The notes under the pieces: model-generated
Databases searched by the model: none
The model's input: the letters and a program-made list of their open reading frames with translations, nothing else
Told to the model about the DNA's origin: nothing
Made by a program: the position numbers and the translations under genes
Assembly: GCA_016206155.1 (NCBI GenBank)
Contig: JACQSC010000004.1
Location: 217,910-281,909 of the forward strand
Direction of reading: 5' to 3'
DNA from: Candidatus Uhrbacteria bacterium
GTDB taxonomy: Bacteria; Patescibacteriota; Patescibacteriia; JACQRZ01
Length of the DNA stretch: 64,000 nt
In this document: one piece after another, positions 36,901-46,809 of the stretch
Numbering within the stretch: the stretch's first letter is position 1
Layout of the letters: each line of letters starts with the position of its first letter

Positions 36901-37976
36901 GTACCGCGGTCGGTATCATTGCCGCCCAGAGTCTTGGAGAGCCCGGAACTCAGCTGACGATGCGCACGTTCCATACTGGAGGTGTTGCGGGAGCCGGAGA
37001 TATTACGCAAGGACTGCCGCGCGTTGAAGAACTCTTTGAAGTGCGCACGCCAAAAAACAAAGCAATTGTCGCGGAGGTTTCTGGGCGCTCTTCAGTAAGC
37101 GACAAGCAAAAGAGTGTTGTGAGCCCCCTTGGCGAAGAGAGCGTGCAGACTGAACACGGCCAGAAGACGGTTTCGATTCATTACAAAGAAACAGAGGAGG
37201 AGGTGTATAAGTTTTCGAGCAAACGGAAAGCGGCCGAAAAGACAGCAACTGAAAAGAAAACAAAAAAGGAAAAGGTGCGCACTATTCTCGTGCAAGACGG
37301 GCAGTCCGTGCGCGAGGGAGCGGTGCTTTTTACGGTTGGCCAGACCGAGACGCGCGCGCGCCGCAGTGGCGTTGTAAAGGTTGGAAGCGCAAGCATCTCG
37401 ATTGTCGGCGACAGCGAGGGGGTGCGCGAGTATGTCATTCCTCAGGGAGCCTATTTGACCATTGGCGACGGCGATCTCGTCACCGCGGGCGACCCATTGA
37501 CCGAAGGAGATATTGACCTGCAATCCTATTTCCGATATAAGGGGAAGCTCGAGACGCAGAAATATATCATCAATGAGATTTATCGCATTTATACAAGTCA
37601 GGGACAAAAAGTGAACACCAAGCATATCGAAGTCATTGTTCGTCAGATATTTTCGCGCGTGATGGTTGCCGATGCAGGAGATACCGATCTGCTCGCGGGC
37701 GAGATTGTTGAGTTCTCAGAACTCCTGGAGCAGAATAAGAAAACAAAAGTCGATGGCGGGAAAGAAGCAAAAGCCGCCGAGCTGCTGATGGGAATCACAA
37801 AAGCATCGCTTTCTACGCGTAGCTGGCTTTCTGCGGCCTCCTTCCAAGAAACCGCGCGCATCCTGATCAACGCCGCCGTAACAGGGAAAGCCGACTATTT
37901 GGAAGGCTTAAAAGAAAATGTGATCATCGGCCGCCTCATTCCTGTCGGGACAGGATACCACACGAAAAAAAAGTAA
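33975..37976 (+). CDS. rpoC: DNA-directed RNA polymerase subunit beta'
   Basis: PETINYRT, CYCGKYK, GRFRQNLLGKRIDYSGR, NADFDGDQMA, GEPGTQLTMRTFH, GLKENVIIGRLIP. Confidence 0.99.
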   Translation: MPPREERKDAIQSLDFDAIRLKIASPDDVKRWSYGEVTRPETINYRTQRPEKDGLFSERIFGPTKDWECYCGKYKKIRYKGIICDKCGVEVTRSIVRRERMGHIELATPVSHIWFYRSVPSKIGLMLDMSVAALHNVIYFAQFIIMDVNEESKKQTIESVREEYKSTKKNFENECNMKMNAVRAKESKAAAKEEKAALEGEMNAIARQRDKELTRLEENLHAVEEELKSIKPMAFLSESRYRELSLPYGHLFEAGIGAEAIRKLLERLDLDALEQQLSEDVENAQGLKKEKLVRRAKLVKSFRANGIRPEWMIMTMLPIIPPDLRPMVALDGGRFATSDLNDLYRRVINRNNRLKQLIELKAPEVIARNEKRMLQEAVDALIDNSARQGKTVMAATGQKRTLKSLADMLKGKRGRFRQNLLGKRIDYSGRSVIVVGPSLKLHQCGLPKSMALDLFKPFVMSRLIQDGTVYNVRSASRFIESGRDEVWDILEDIVKEAFVLLNRAPTLHRLGIQAFKPILIEGKAIQVHPLVCPAFNADFDGDQMAVHVPLSDEARREAADIMLSSHNLLKPASGHPIAVPQQDIVWGAFYMTYIQDGEDSIPPQEQMKKFCHENEAVSAYLMKLITLQEPILVRFGETTRERMSDADKKDTRRTTTVGRILFNNILSPEMPFYNARIDKKTMGELVAISLERCGIERTAEMLDNIKEVCAKYLTESGLSFGMDDIPVLPQKKELIAEAEARIDEVQNQYDMGLLTFHERKNKVISLWTETREKIARLSKNSLDVRGSVYSIIESGARGTWAQLNQIIGMKGLLTNPLGEIIELAVKSSFKEGLGVLEYFISTHGARKGLVDTALRTSNAGYLTRRLVDVAQDVVVNEADCQEKEGYCVTRAECEQNDVDLTDRIVGRCAAQDINALDGSLLAKRNELITKELAKTIKESGCTEVAIRSILTCRTARGVCQKCYGLDLGKNSLVVAGTAVGIIAAQSLGEPGTQLTMRTFHTGGVAGAGDITQGLPRVEELFEVRTPKNKAIVAEVSGRSSVSDKQKSVVSPLGEESVQTEHGQKTVSIHYKETEEEVYKFSSKRKAAEKTATEKKTKKEKVRTILVQDGQSVREGAVLFTVGQTETRARRSGVVKVGSASISIVGDSEGVREYVIPQGAYLTIGDGDLVTAGDPLTEGDIDLQSYFRYKGKLETQKYIINEIYRIYTSQGQKVNTKHIEVIVRQIFSRVMVADAGDTDLLAGEIVEFSELLEQNKKTKVDGGKEAKAAELLMGITKASLSTRSWLSAASFQETARILINAAVTGKADYLEGLKENVIIGRLIPVGTGYHTKKK

Positions 37977-38079
37977 GGATGCAGTGCGTTGCACAGTGTA
38001 CAGTGCAAATTTCTGAAGCGCTATGCTATACTGTGGTAGTGTTTTTAGAGACTCCATAAATCTGAAATCTGAAATCAGT

Positions 38080-40299
38080 ATGCCTCGTCATTCACGAAAG
38101 CGGACCCATCGATCGATGGAACGGCTTGCGTACCGTGCACCGCGCGTATTGTTTCATTCGCTTTCTCCCGAGGCGCGGCAAGGCATAGCGGTTGTATGTG
38201 TTCTGATGCTGGTGTTGCTTTCGGTGTTGAGTCTCCTTGACCTCGCGGGGACGGTTGGGCAGGCGCTTAACCGTGTTTTTGGTCTTCTCTTTGGAAACGC
38301 AAAGTATGGCGCCCCGCTCTTTATTCTTATCGGTGGAATTTTTTTTATTCGGCGCACATCCGTAACCGTGCACATTACACAAGCAATCGGTCTTGTTTTT
38401 TTTATTCTTTCACTGACAGCATTTTGGCACCTTCAGTACCCGCTCGAGGAATCATATGCGCGCGCGCGGGAGGGATCGGGAGGCGGTATGTTGGGATTTT
38501 TTTTGGCGTATTCGCTTCAGTCAATTCTGCAGTTTTGGGGCGCGTTGATTGTCCTGCTGTCCATATTTCTCATTTCTTTTTTTATCATTCTTAACACGTC
38601 GCTTGGCGATTATGTCGCTCGTGTCAAGGAGCTTGGCGCTCTTCTTGCCCGCAGTGCGGCATATGTGGCGTCTGTAACTCGCAAGAATCGTCTGGCTCCA
38701 GAGCAAACGTTCTACGAGAATGCGGAGGGTGAGGAAGAGCGCCATGAAAAAATTGAAGCGCCAACGTTTTCGCGAGGAACACTTCCCATATCAGAATCCG
38801 CGACCTCTCAAGAAGAATTGCCAGCATCCAAAGAGGAGATTGAAATCTTAAAAGCTCCAAAAAGAAAAACGCCCGTCCAGATCCCCTTGAGTTTGTTGAG
38901 CGAAAAGCAGGGGCCGCCCACGAGCGGAGACATCAAGTCAATAAAGCTGATTATTCAAAAAACGCTTGAGAATTTTGGCATTCCCGTTGAAATGGGTGAG
39001 GTAAACGTGGGACCAACCGTTACGCAATATACGCTCAAGCCAGCCGAAGGCATAAAGCTTTCGACCCTGACCGGACTTCACAATGATCTTGCTTTGGCGC
39101 TCGCCGCACACCCAATCCGTATCGAAGCGCCAATTCCGGGGAAGGCGCTTGTTGGCATTGAGGTGCCAAATGTGAAGGTCGCGCGTGTGACGTTGCGGGA
39201 ACTCATGGAGTCCGAGCCATTTCGAAAGCGAAAAACGTCCCTCGAGCTGGTGCTTGGGAAGGATGTTTCCGGTACTCCTCGCCTTGCGTCGCTTCTGACA
39301 ATGCCCCACCTGCTCATTGCGGGATCGACCGGGTCTGGCAAAACCGTATGCATTAATACGATTATCACCACGCTTCTGTTTCAGAATGGACCCGACATGC
39401 TTCGATTCATTCTTGTCGACCCAAAGCGCGTTGAGCTCCCATGCTATAACGATACGCCACACCTTCTTACCCCTGTTGTCACAGATATTAAAAAGACGCT
39501 CAACGCACTGCGGTGGTCTATTGGTGAAATGGAGCGGAGATTTGACGTTTTGGCAAAAGCGGGAAAGCGCGATCTTCGTTCGTATAATGAATGGAGTGAG
39601 GAAAAAATGCCCTATATCGTCATCGTCATTGACGAGTTGGCTGATATCATGGCAACGGTCGGCGCGGAAGCCGAGAATCTGATTATTCGCTTGGCACAAA
39701 TGGCACGCGCCGTTGGCATTCATCTTATTCTGGCAACGCAGCGCCCTTCCGTTGATGTGATTACCGGACTCATTAAGGCAAACATTACGTCGAGGATTGC
39801 CTTTGCCGTTGCGTCACAGATGGATTCGCGCACTATTCTTGATACAGCTGGCGCGGAGCGTCTTGTGGGGCGAGGTGATATGCTTTTTGTCTCGGCAGAT
39901 TTGAGTAGGCCTGTTCGTATCCAGGGAGCCTATTTGTCCGATGAGGAGATCGAACGGGTTGTTTCGTTTCTCAAGAGTCAGGGCGAGCCATCGTATACCG
40001 ACGGTATTGTAGAAAAACAATCGTCCATGCAAGGTGGCGGGTTTACCTCAGATGACGAGGAAGATGACCTACTCCCCGAAGCGCGCCAGATCATTGTGCA
40101 GTCGGGCAAAGCCTCTGCCTCACTCTTGCAGCGCCGACTGCGCATTGGATACGCGCGCGCCGCTCGCATCCTTGATTTATTGGAAGCGGAGGGGTTTATC
40201 GGTCCGGGCGAGGGAGCAAAACCTCGCAGGATTCTCGGCGGGGGCGGGGGTGGCGATCAGGAGTTTGAGGATTCGATTGACGATGAAACAATCTATTGA
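38080..40299 (+). CDS. ftsK: DNA translocase FtsK/SpoIIIE
   Basis: 4TM N-domain, PHLLIAGSTGSGKT, IDELAD, LATQRPSVDV, gamma domain SASLLQRRLRIGYARAAR. Confidence 0.97.
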   Translation: MPRHSRKRTHRSMERLAYRAPRVLFHSLSPEARQGIAVVCVLMLVLLSVLSLLDLAGTVGQALNRVFGLLFGNAKYGAPLFILIGGIFFIRRTSVTVHITQAIGLVFFILSLTAFWHLQYPLEESYARAREGSGGGMLGFFLAYSLQSILQFWGALIVLLSIFLISFFIILNTSLGDYVARVKELGALLARSAAYVASVTRKNRLAPEQTFYENAEGEEERHEKIEAPTFSRGTLPISESATSQEELPASKEEIEILKAPKRKTPVQIPLSLLSEKQGPPTSGDIKSIKLIIQKTLENFGIPVEMGEVNVGPTVTQYTLKPAEGIKLSTLTGLHNDLALALAAHPIRIEAPIPGKALVGIEVPNVKVARVTLRELMESEPFRKRKTSLELVLGKDVSGTPRLASLLTMPHLLIAGSTGSGKTVCINTIITTLLFQNGPDMLRFILVDPKRVELPCYNDTPHLLTPVVTDIKKTLNALRWSIGEMERRFDVLAKAGKRDLRSYNEWSEEKMPYIVIVIDELADIMATVGAEAENLIIRLAQMARAVGIHLILATQRPSVDVITGLIKANITSRIAFAVASQMDSRTILDTAGAERLVGRGDMLFVSADLSRPVRIQGAYLSDEEIERVVSFLKSQGEPSYTDGIVEKQSSMQGGGFTSDDEEDDLLPEARQIIVQSGKASASLLQRRLRIGYARAARILDLLEAEGFIGPGEGAKPRRILGGGGGGDQEFEDSIDDETIY

Positions 40300-40314
40300 T
40301 ACCATGTAAATAGT

Positions 40315-41031
40315 ATGGATAGTTCCGCAGCACACACACCACCATCACTGGGCACCTTGTTTCGGCGCGCGCGCCGCTCATTCGGGTTGAGTATTGACGA
40401 TATTTCTGAGGATATAAAAATTCGATCAGAGATACTTAACGCGATAGAGCATGGCGCATTCGAGCGAATCGACGAACCTGTCTATCGTACACTCATGGTA
40501 AAGACCTACGCCGAGTACCTTGGTATTTCGTGGGATACTATTGAAGATGTATACATTCGCGAATCAGTCTATATACCTGTGCTCCCTCACGCAAAAGGAG
40601 TGAACACAAAGCATATTCAAAGCGGCGACCTTATGGTCGTTCCGCGCCTTCTTAAACACGTTTTTCTGTCTGCCGCGATGATTGGAGTCTTTTTTTACTT
40701 CATGGTTCTTGCGGGGAGTGCGCTGCAGCGTCCCGCATTGACAGTCATCAATCCGCCTGAACGGTTTATGAGCCCCGCGAAAACAATCCGTATCGAAGGT
40801 TCTGTTTCTGCAGAGGCAACGCTCGCCATTAACGGACAAGAGGTAACCAAGACTAATGATGGCCATTTTTATCAGGATCTTACACTTTCGGACGGCCTGA
40901 ACACCATTCGCATTTCCGCATCAAAAAAATACAGCAAGGAAACTGTAGTAACGCGTACGGTACTCTATCAAGCGCCGTCTGCCCCACTTAGTTTTAATGA
41001 GTATGATTATGGCAAAACAACCACACGATGA
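40315..41031 (+). CDS. RodZ-like HTH membrane protein with C-terminal Ig-like domain
   Basis: LGTLFRRAR...[14 protein letters not shown]...[18 protein letters not shown]; lies between ftsK and recA. Confidence 0.75.
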   Translation: MDSSAAHTPPSLGTLFRRARRSFGLSIDDISEDIKIRSEILNAIEHGAFERIDEPVYRTLMVKTYAEYLGISWDTIEDVYIRESVYIPVLPHAKGVNTKHIQSGDLMVVPRLLKHVFLSAAMIGVFFYFMVLAGSALQRPALTVINPPERFMSPAKTIRIEGSVSAEATLAINGQEVTKTNDGHFYQDLTLSDGLNTIRISASKKYSKETVVTRTVLYQAPSAPLSFNEYDYGKTTTR

Positions 41032-42100
41032 TCCGCGCGCACAGGCCGTCACTGCGGCGCTCGAACAAATACGCGATCGCTTCGGCGAGGGATCAATTAT
41101 GAAATTGGGAGAGGCAAAGACCATGAATGTTGACGTCGTGACAACCGGATGCCTTTCGCTTGATATTGCCCTTGGTGTTTGGGGCATGCCTCGTGGCAGA
41201 ATTATTGAAATTTACGGACCGGAATCGTCTGGAAAGACGACGCTTGCGCAGCACGTTATCGCCGAGGTGCAGAAGCAAAAAGGGATCGCCGCATTTGTCG
41301 ACGCTGAGCATGCGCTAGACCCTGATTATGCTCGCAAGCTTGGCATTAATATCAATGAGATGTTTATCTCGCAGCCCGATAATGGCGAGCAGGCGCTTGA
41401 GATTGTCGAGACGTTGGTGCGTTCAAACGCCGTTGACGTCATTGTGATTGATTCTGTTGCCGCATTGACGCCAAAAGCGGAAATAGAAGGGGATATGGGT
41501 GACTCTCATATGGGATTGCAGGCGCGCTTGATGAGCCAAGCGCTTCGCAAACTGACAGGCATTGTCAGCAAGACAAAAACCATTGTGATTTTTATCAATC
41601 AAACACGTCAGAAGATTGGCGTGTATTTCGGCAACCCCGAAACAACAACGGGTGGCACGGCGCTAAAGTTTTACTGCTCAGTACGTATCGAGATTCGCCG
41701 TGCGGCACAGATCAAGCAAGGAGAAAAAATTATCGGCAATCGCGTCAAGGTCAAGATTGTGAAAAACAAAGTTGCTCCACCGTTCCAAACCACCGAGTTT
41801 GATATCATGTACAATGAGGGTATCTCTATCCCCGGCGATCTTTTGGATACGGGGGTTGCATATAAGATAATTGTCAAAAGCGGCAACACGTATTCGTTTG
41901 GAGATGATAAACTCGGCGTTGGCCGCGAAAACGCGAAAACATATCTTGCAAGCCGCCCTGATTTGATGGCCGCTATCAGGCAGCAAACTCTTGCAGCTAC
42001 AAAACCCGAAGCCGAGGCTGATAGTGTGCCGCACGACGATTTCATTCCACCTCTTCCCAGCGCCAGTGATGAAATAGAGCAAGAGATGGGGGTAGTATAA
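41009..42100 (+). CDS. recA: Recombinase RecA
   Basis: [44 protein letters not shown]. Confidence 0.99.
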   Translation: MAKQPHDDPRAQAVTAALEQIRDRFGEGSIMKLGEAKTMNVDVVTTGCLSLDIALGVWGMPRGRIIEIYGPESSGKTTLAQHVIAEVQKQKGIAAFVDAEHALDPDYARKLGININEMFISQPDNGEQALEIVETLVRSNAVDVIVIDSVAALTPKAEIEGDMGDSHMGLQARLMSQALRKLTGIVSKTKTIVIFINQTRQKIGVYFGNPETTTGGTALKFYCSVRIEIRRAAQIKQGEKIIGNRVKVKIVKNKVAPPFQTTEFDIMYNEGISIPGDLLDTGVAYKIIVKSGNTYSFGDDKLGVGRENAKTYLASRPDLMAAIRQQTLAATKPEAEADSVPHDDFIPPLPSASDEIEQEMGVV

Positions 42101-42173
42101 AATCCATGCGCGTTGTTGACAGAATTGGAAAATAAAATATACTTAAGTCTATAACTAATATATTAGATTAAAT

Positions 42174-42974
42174 ATGAAATCGAAAGGACTTTCTGCGTTA
42201 GGTATCGCATTGGCAGTCATTGCAGTCATCGCAATTATTTTTGGCGCTATAAGCTGGAGTAAATTTGGAATCGTGGTCGAAAACGAGCAATCGAAAGGAC
42301 AAGTCTCGAAAGAGCAAGAGGTGACGGCAGTACAGGGACAGCAAGCGAATCAGGTCGCACAACAAGGAACCCAATATACATTGGAGTCCGGAATTTCATT
42401 CACCTATCCGATAGGGTATACTGCGGAAAAAAATGACGAAAATGACGGAGAGGTGATTCTTACGAAAAATGGAGAATGGTATATTCGGATCATACCTTTT
42501 ACAATGGAGGGAAGTTATGAGTCACTCGATGAGCTTCTTAAAGCGAATCCTAATGTTAAAGATGGAAATTTCGCTCCTCCTGAAAAGAAAGGGGAATCAT
42601 TAAATCCCGACTTGTTCTACATCGCCGGTATTGTTTGTTCCTCTGCTGGGGATCGAATAGATGGAATGGGTGGAAATGATGTTAGCATTTCTTGTGCGGA
42701 TAAGCCAGTATCCAAAAAGACACTTAACATTAACGGGTATACGGTGTACGAATACTACGCCAAACGTATCGAAGAGGATTTTTCGAAGAAAACAGAAGAT
42801 GCGACTGTTATCGGCCCAATTTATGTCTTCGATGTTACAAAGAATTTTACTGATGGATATGCACATGCCTTGGTCGTTACTCCAGATGGTGAGATCTTCG
42901 TTGCGAATAAGAACAATCCACAGTTCCAAGCCGATCTTTTGGCGATCGCACAATCAGTAGAATCAAAAAAGTAA
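42174..42974 (+). CDS. Hypothetical membrane-anchored extracellular protein (PsbP-like start), AT-richer than neighbours
   Basis: N-terminal TM, GISFTYP motif, own ttgaca/tatact promoter near 42116-42143. Confidence 0.65.
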   Translation: MKSKGLSALGIALAVIAVIAIIFGAISWSKFGIVVENEQSKGQVSKEQEVTAVQGQQANQVAQQGTQYTLESGISFTYPIGYTAEKNDENDGEVILTKNGEWYIRIIPFTMEGSYESLDELLKANPNVKDGNFAPPEKKGESLNPDLFYIAGIVCSSAGDRIDGMGGNDVSISCADKPVSKKTLNINGYTVYEYYAKRIEEDFSKKTEDATVIGPIYVFDVTKNFTDGYAHALVVTPDGEIFVANKNNPQFQADLLAIAQSVESKK

Positions 42975-43004
42975 GTACTTCCATATTTAATCTGCAAAGA
43001 TAAA

Positions 43005-43039
43005 CCAAAAAAAGCCCCATTGAACAGGGGCTTTTTTGG
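43005..43039. terminator. Bidirectional intrinsic terminator
   Basis: ccaaaaaaagcccc-attgaaca-ggggcttttttgg between convergent genes. Confidence 0.8.
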
Positions 43040-43081
43040 ATGGCGCTGAGCCATCTGTGCGCGCAAATAAGGTTGGCGTTA

Positions 43082-43651
43082 TTACGTGACGCGTTCGGCG
43101 TACTCGAGCGTGTCAGTGTTGACGCGGATAGTGTCGCCCTCTTTGACGAAGAGTGGTGCGTTGACGACAAGGCCGGTTTCCAGGGTGACCTGCTTTGTTG
43201 CATTGCCGGCCGTATCTCCCTTAATGCCCGGCGGCGCCGAGGTAACTTTAAAATCTATTTTTGGCGGAAAGCTGACGGCAATAGGCCGCTCATCAAAGTA
43301 TAAAACATCTACCTGGGTTCCTTCTTTCAGAAGCTTTACGCGGTCACCGAGCAGTGTTTGCTCAATGACAAACTGTTCATAACTCTCCGCATCCATGAAG
43401 TATGAGCCGGTTTGATCGGTATACAAATAGTCGCACTTTTTTCGTTCTAGATCAGCTTCCTCCACTTTTTCACCCGCTTTAAAACTATATTCCAATACTT
43501 TGCCGTTGACGATGTTTTTCATTTTTGTCTGCATGACAGGCTTTCTCTGTTGCATGCGTACAAAGTTTGCGGTCTGCACCTGATACGGCTCACCATTAAA
43601 AAGAATCGTGAGGCCGACCTTTATGGAATTGAGCGATGGAAGAACGGACAT
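43082..43651 (-). CDS. efp: Elongation factor P
   Basis: FMDAESYEQ, PGIKGDTA, KQVTLETG, PLFVKEGDTIRVNT. Confidence 0.96.
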   Translation of the reverse strand: MSVLPSLNSIKVGLTILFNGEPYQVQTANFVRMQQRKPVMQTKMKNIVNGKVLEYSFKAGEKVEEADLERKKCDYLYTDQTGSYFMDAESYEQFVIEQTLLGDRVKLLKEGTQVDVLYFDERPIAVSFPPKIDFKVTSAPPGIKGDTAGNATKQVTLETGLVVNAPLFVKEGDTIRVNTDTLEYAERVT

Positions 43652-43784
43652 ACGAGACAGAATTAAGAATCAAGAATTAAGTATCAAGCAGTGCAAGAGG
43701 ATCGTAATTCTTCATTCGTAATTCTTGATTCTACGTGGATAAAGATAAAATCAATGTAAGGAGACCAGCTCTTCGATTGAGCAG

Positions 43785-44027
43785 TTACTGTATGACGAAC
43801 GGAAGCAACGCCATCACCCGTGCGCGCTTAATCGCGATACTCAGTTTTCGCTGGTGTTTGGCGCATACGCCGCTTCGGCGGCGAGGCGCGATCTTGCCAT
43901 AAGAGGAAATAAAGCGGCGCAGGGTCGTGATATCCTTGTAATCAATTTCACTTTTTTGCTTGACGCAGAAATGGCACGATTTTTTCTTTTGAGGTATCGA
44001 TGATTTTTGTGTTCTTGATTGGAACAT
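43785..44027 (-). CDS. rpsR: 30S ribosomal protein S18 (zinc-binding form)
   Basis: CHFC...IDYKD...[17 protein letters not shown]...ARVMALLPF. Confidence 0.97.
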   Translation of the reverse strand: MFQSRTQKSSIPQKKKSCHFCVKQKSEIDYKDITTLRRFISSYGKIAPRRRSGVCAKHQRKLSIAIKRARVMALLPFVIQ

Positions 44028-44038
44028 AGCGCAGGTTG

Positions 44039-44476
44039 TTAGAATGGAATTTCTTCAATGGTGCGTTCGGCGTCATCATTCGCGCGTGGAGCGGGAACCG
44101 CCGATGTCGGGGTATCATTCTGGGCAAATGCGCCGCGCTGCCCCCCCGGTCCGCTATCGAGCATAATCATATTTTCTGCAATGACTTCGGTGCTATAGCG
44201 GCGGACACCGTCTTGTCCCACCCAGTCGCGCGTCTGAAGGCGTCCTTCGAAATAGGCTCGCCGCCCCTTGGAGAGGTACTGTCCGCAAATGTCCGCAAGC
44301 TTTCCCCATACAACGATATTGTGGAATTCCGCTTTTTCCTGCTTTTGTCCTTGTGTGTCGGTGTACACGCGGTTTGTGGCAACAGAAAAGCTTGACACAG
44401 ACGTTCCGCCCGGCGTTGCGCGAACTTCTGGATCCTTTGTAAGCCGGCCGATAAGCATTACTTTGTTTAAATCCAT
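44039..44476 (-). CDS. ssb: Single-stranded DNA-binding protein
   Basis: [23 protein letters not shown]-terminal EIPF. Confidence 0.97.
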   Translation of the reverse strand: MDLNKVMLIGRLTKDPEVRATPGGTSVSSFSVATNRVYTDTQGQKQEKAEFHNIVVWGKLADICGQYLSKGRRAYFEGRLQTRDWVGQDGVRRYSTEVIAENMIMLDSGPGGQRGAFAQNDTPTSAVPAPRANDDAERTIEEIPF

Positions 44477-44544
44477 ACACGTAATTTATAATTTTCTATT
44501 TAAGATTTATGAATTTAAGATTTATGAAATTTGAAATCAGAAAT

Positions 44545-45138
44545 TTAAATAATATCATCGGAAAGAAGTTCATTCAATTTCTTATCAAGATCTTCGTAGC
44601 TGACTTTTTTCGCCTTTTTCTTTCCGGTATCATCGGTTGTCGCCTGTTCGTCCGATTCGGTCTTTTCTTCGGGCGCTGGCTCAGGTGCGGTATCGTCAAG
44701 CGTGACAGGAGGGGCGCTTGGCATCACCGGCGCTTCTTCTGCAAGTGGCGCTCGACCAAGAAGCTCCTCGTCTTGCGTTTTGCGCGTTGGTCGACCATCT
44801 CGAGGGCGCATCTCTTCCTCGCGACGTTCAAATGGCGTTGGTGTGCCAACGGTTTTTCTCCGCACAATGCAATGTCGCAGCAGTTCGGTTGTCAGCGACA
44901 TGGCTCGTTCGAGTTTTTTAATATGCTCTCCCGGGGCATCAAATTCGCACAGGAGATATGTTCCATATCCTTGGTGGTTGATCGGGTATGCCAGTTTTCG
45001 TCGTCCCGCATTGTGGACATAGTGGATGGAAGAGACATGCTTTTTGAGAAGATCTTCAAAGGTCTTCTTGAATGTTTCGAGTTCCGAATCAGGGATGCGA
45101 CCATCAACGATCGCGAGCAGCTCGTAGTGATTTGTCAT
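44545..45138 (-). CDS. rpsF: 30S ribosomal protein S6 with long acidic C-terminal extension
   Basis: MTNHYELL, GRRKLAYPI, ELLRH; rpsF-ssb-rpsR order. Confidence 0.93.
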   Translation of the reverse strand: MTNHYELLAIVDGRIPDSELETFKKTFEDLLKKHVSSIHYVHNAGRRKLAYPINHQGYGTYLLCEFDAPGEHIKKLERAMSLTTELLRHCIVRRKTVGTPTPFERREEEMRPRDGRPTRKTQDEELLGRAPLAEEAPVMPSAPPVTLDDTAPEPAPEEKTESDEQATTDDTGKKKAKKVSYEDLDKKLNELLSDDII

Positions 45139-45159
45139 AGAAATAAAAAAAATAAGGCT

Positions 45160-45232
45160 GTGGAGTTCCTTTTCGCTTGCCTTGTGGGGACCCGAATCGA
45201 AGTGCTTTCGGGGCGAAAATGAGACAGAACCA
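45160..45232 (-). promoter_or_regulatory. Putative S6:S18-type leader RNA
   Basis: On the minus strand, nested stems ttttcgc/gcgaaaa and cccgaa/ttcggg with an unpaired CCC-containing bulge just upstream of rpsF. Confidence 0.4.
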
Positions 45233-45280
45233 TGTTGTGTGCCAAGTATAGCACGGGGTAAAAAATATGCAAGAGTACCC

Positions 45281-46711
45281 CTAGATTCTCTTTTCTGGAA
45301 GAAGGGAGGCGACAAGTTCCCTGGTCAGCGCTCCGGTGAGGAACAAAACGATTATATATACAAGGGCGCCGGCCAGAACTTTGACCGCGCTTGGCCAGAG
45401 GGGGAACGCATAGAGAAAGATTCCCATGGCACCGCTTGCCATGAGCGCTTTTGCGCACAGTGCCAGCGATGGCATCACGCGTGTTTTTGCGTAGAAGACG
45501 CTAAACCCAAATAGGGCGATGAGCATCTCGGTTACGATCGTAATGAGTGCCGCCGCCCAATATGAATAGAGGGGAATAAAATAGAGATATGCCAAGAGAC
45601 CGCCGAGGGCAACAGCTCCATACCCGACGAGCATCGTGCGTTGGGCATGAATGACATTGATCAGATTCCCAAAGAGCGATCCAAAGAAAACAGCGCCGAC
45701 GGCAATCATGAGAAGTTTTAGTATCGCGCCTGATGCATAAAATGAAGGGCCGGTGATTGCGACCATAAGTTCTGTCCCAACAAACCACGTGCCAACAACG
45801 AGTGGGAACGCTGCAAGGGCCATAACATCAAAACTTTTCTGAAAATACCGAGCAAACGTCACGCGGTCGCCACTCGACCATGCTCGCGCAAAACTGGAAA
45901 TGGTAAGGCCAATGAACATGAGCGGCAACGTCATCATCACCTCAAGAACCCGAAATGCGGCGCCATAAATGCCAACGTCACCCTGAGACTGCGACAACGA
46001 CAAGACGATCGTGTCCGCCCTCATATAGACGACATTGCATACGATTGACAGCGCGATGGGCCATGTGCGCGAAGCGATGTCGCGCCACACATCCCAATCA
46101 AACGCAAGAGGGGGCAGATACCACGATCGATTACCGCAAAGAAGAATCACCCACTGAATGAGGTTGTTTAGGAGGATCATAACGAGAATGCCGACAAGGC
46201 CCAAATCAGACGCCGCGACAGCCGCAATTCCCCCGATGAGGAAAAACTTGCTTGCAATTTCTGCAATAACGGGAATGCGCATTTTAATTCCCGCTTGATA
46301 GGGGACGGTGGATATTTGAATGAGCGATGAGATGAAAAAAGAAGGAGCCATGACCAGCACGCCGAATTTTACCGCTTCGGGATAGGGGAGTATGAGTACG
46401 ACGAGCGGCGCAAGAAGGTAGATGAAAACGCCGGATATGAGCCGGATGGTAAACAGGTTGCGGAAATTTTTCTGATGATCATATCCCGTCTCAGAGACCA
46501 TTTGGATAGCAATGACCGTCAGGCCCATGTCTACCAGAATGCCAAAGAATTGCAAAAAGGCGGTGATGGTCGTATAGGCGCCAAATCCGTCAGTGTCCAG
46601 ATACCGCGCCATGAGGCCAAAGGCAACGATGGCAAACAGCGTTCCGACGATTTTTGCGATAAGCTGAAGGAGCGCGTTATAGGCTATTGAGCGGGAAAGG
46701 GATATGATCAT
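45281..46711 (-). CDS. Polysaccharide/oligosaccharide flippase (Wzx-like, MOP superfamily)
   Basis: ARYLDTDGFGAY, DMGL, VYMRADTIVL, VGIYGAAFRV, about 12-14 TMs. Confidence 0.9.
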   Translation of the reverse strand: MIISLSRSIAYNALLQLIAKIVGTLFAIVAFGLMARYLDTDGFGAYTTITAFLQFFGILVDMGLTVIAIQMVSETGYDHQKNFRNLFTIRLISGVFIYLLAPLVVLILPYPEAVKFGVLVMAPSFFISSLIQISTVPYQAGIKMRIPVIAEIASKFFLIGGIAAVAASDLGLVGILVMILLNNLIQWVILLCGNRSWYLPPLAFDWDVWRDIASRTWPIALSIVCNVVYMRADTIVLSLSQSQGDVGIYGAAFRVLEVMMTLPLMFIGLTISSFARAWSSGDRVTFARYFQKSFDVMALAAFPLVVGTWFVGTELMVAITGPSFYASGAILKLLMIAVGAVFFGSLFGNLINVIHAQRTMLVGYGAVALGGLLAYLYFIPLYSYWAAALITIVTEMLIALFGFSVFYAKTRVMPSLALCAKALMASGAMGIFLYAFPLWPSAVKVLAGALVYIIVLFLTGALTRELVASLLPEKRI

Positions 46712-46809
46712 TTTCGATGTATGATTTCAGATTTCAAATTGGCTTGAGTAAAAACTGTACTCAATATATAACCATTGTCAAACGTTGCTCAATATGGTAT
46801 AATAAATAT

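Noticed and set aside
30753-42100. Inteins or introns in rpoB, rpoC or recA
   Set aside because: Lengths are ordinary and no splicing motifs or homing endonuclease inserts were seen.
45139-45315. 59-aa N-terminal extension of S6
   Set aside because: It overlaps the flippase end and the putative leader RNA; the S6 fold starts at MTNHYE (45138).
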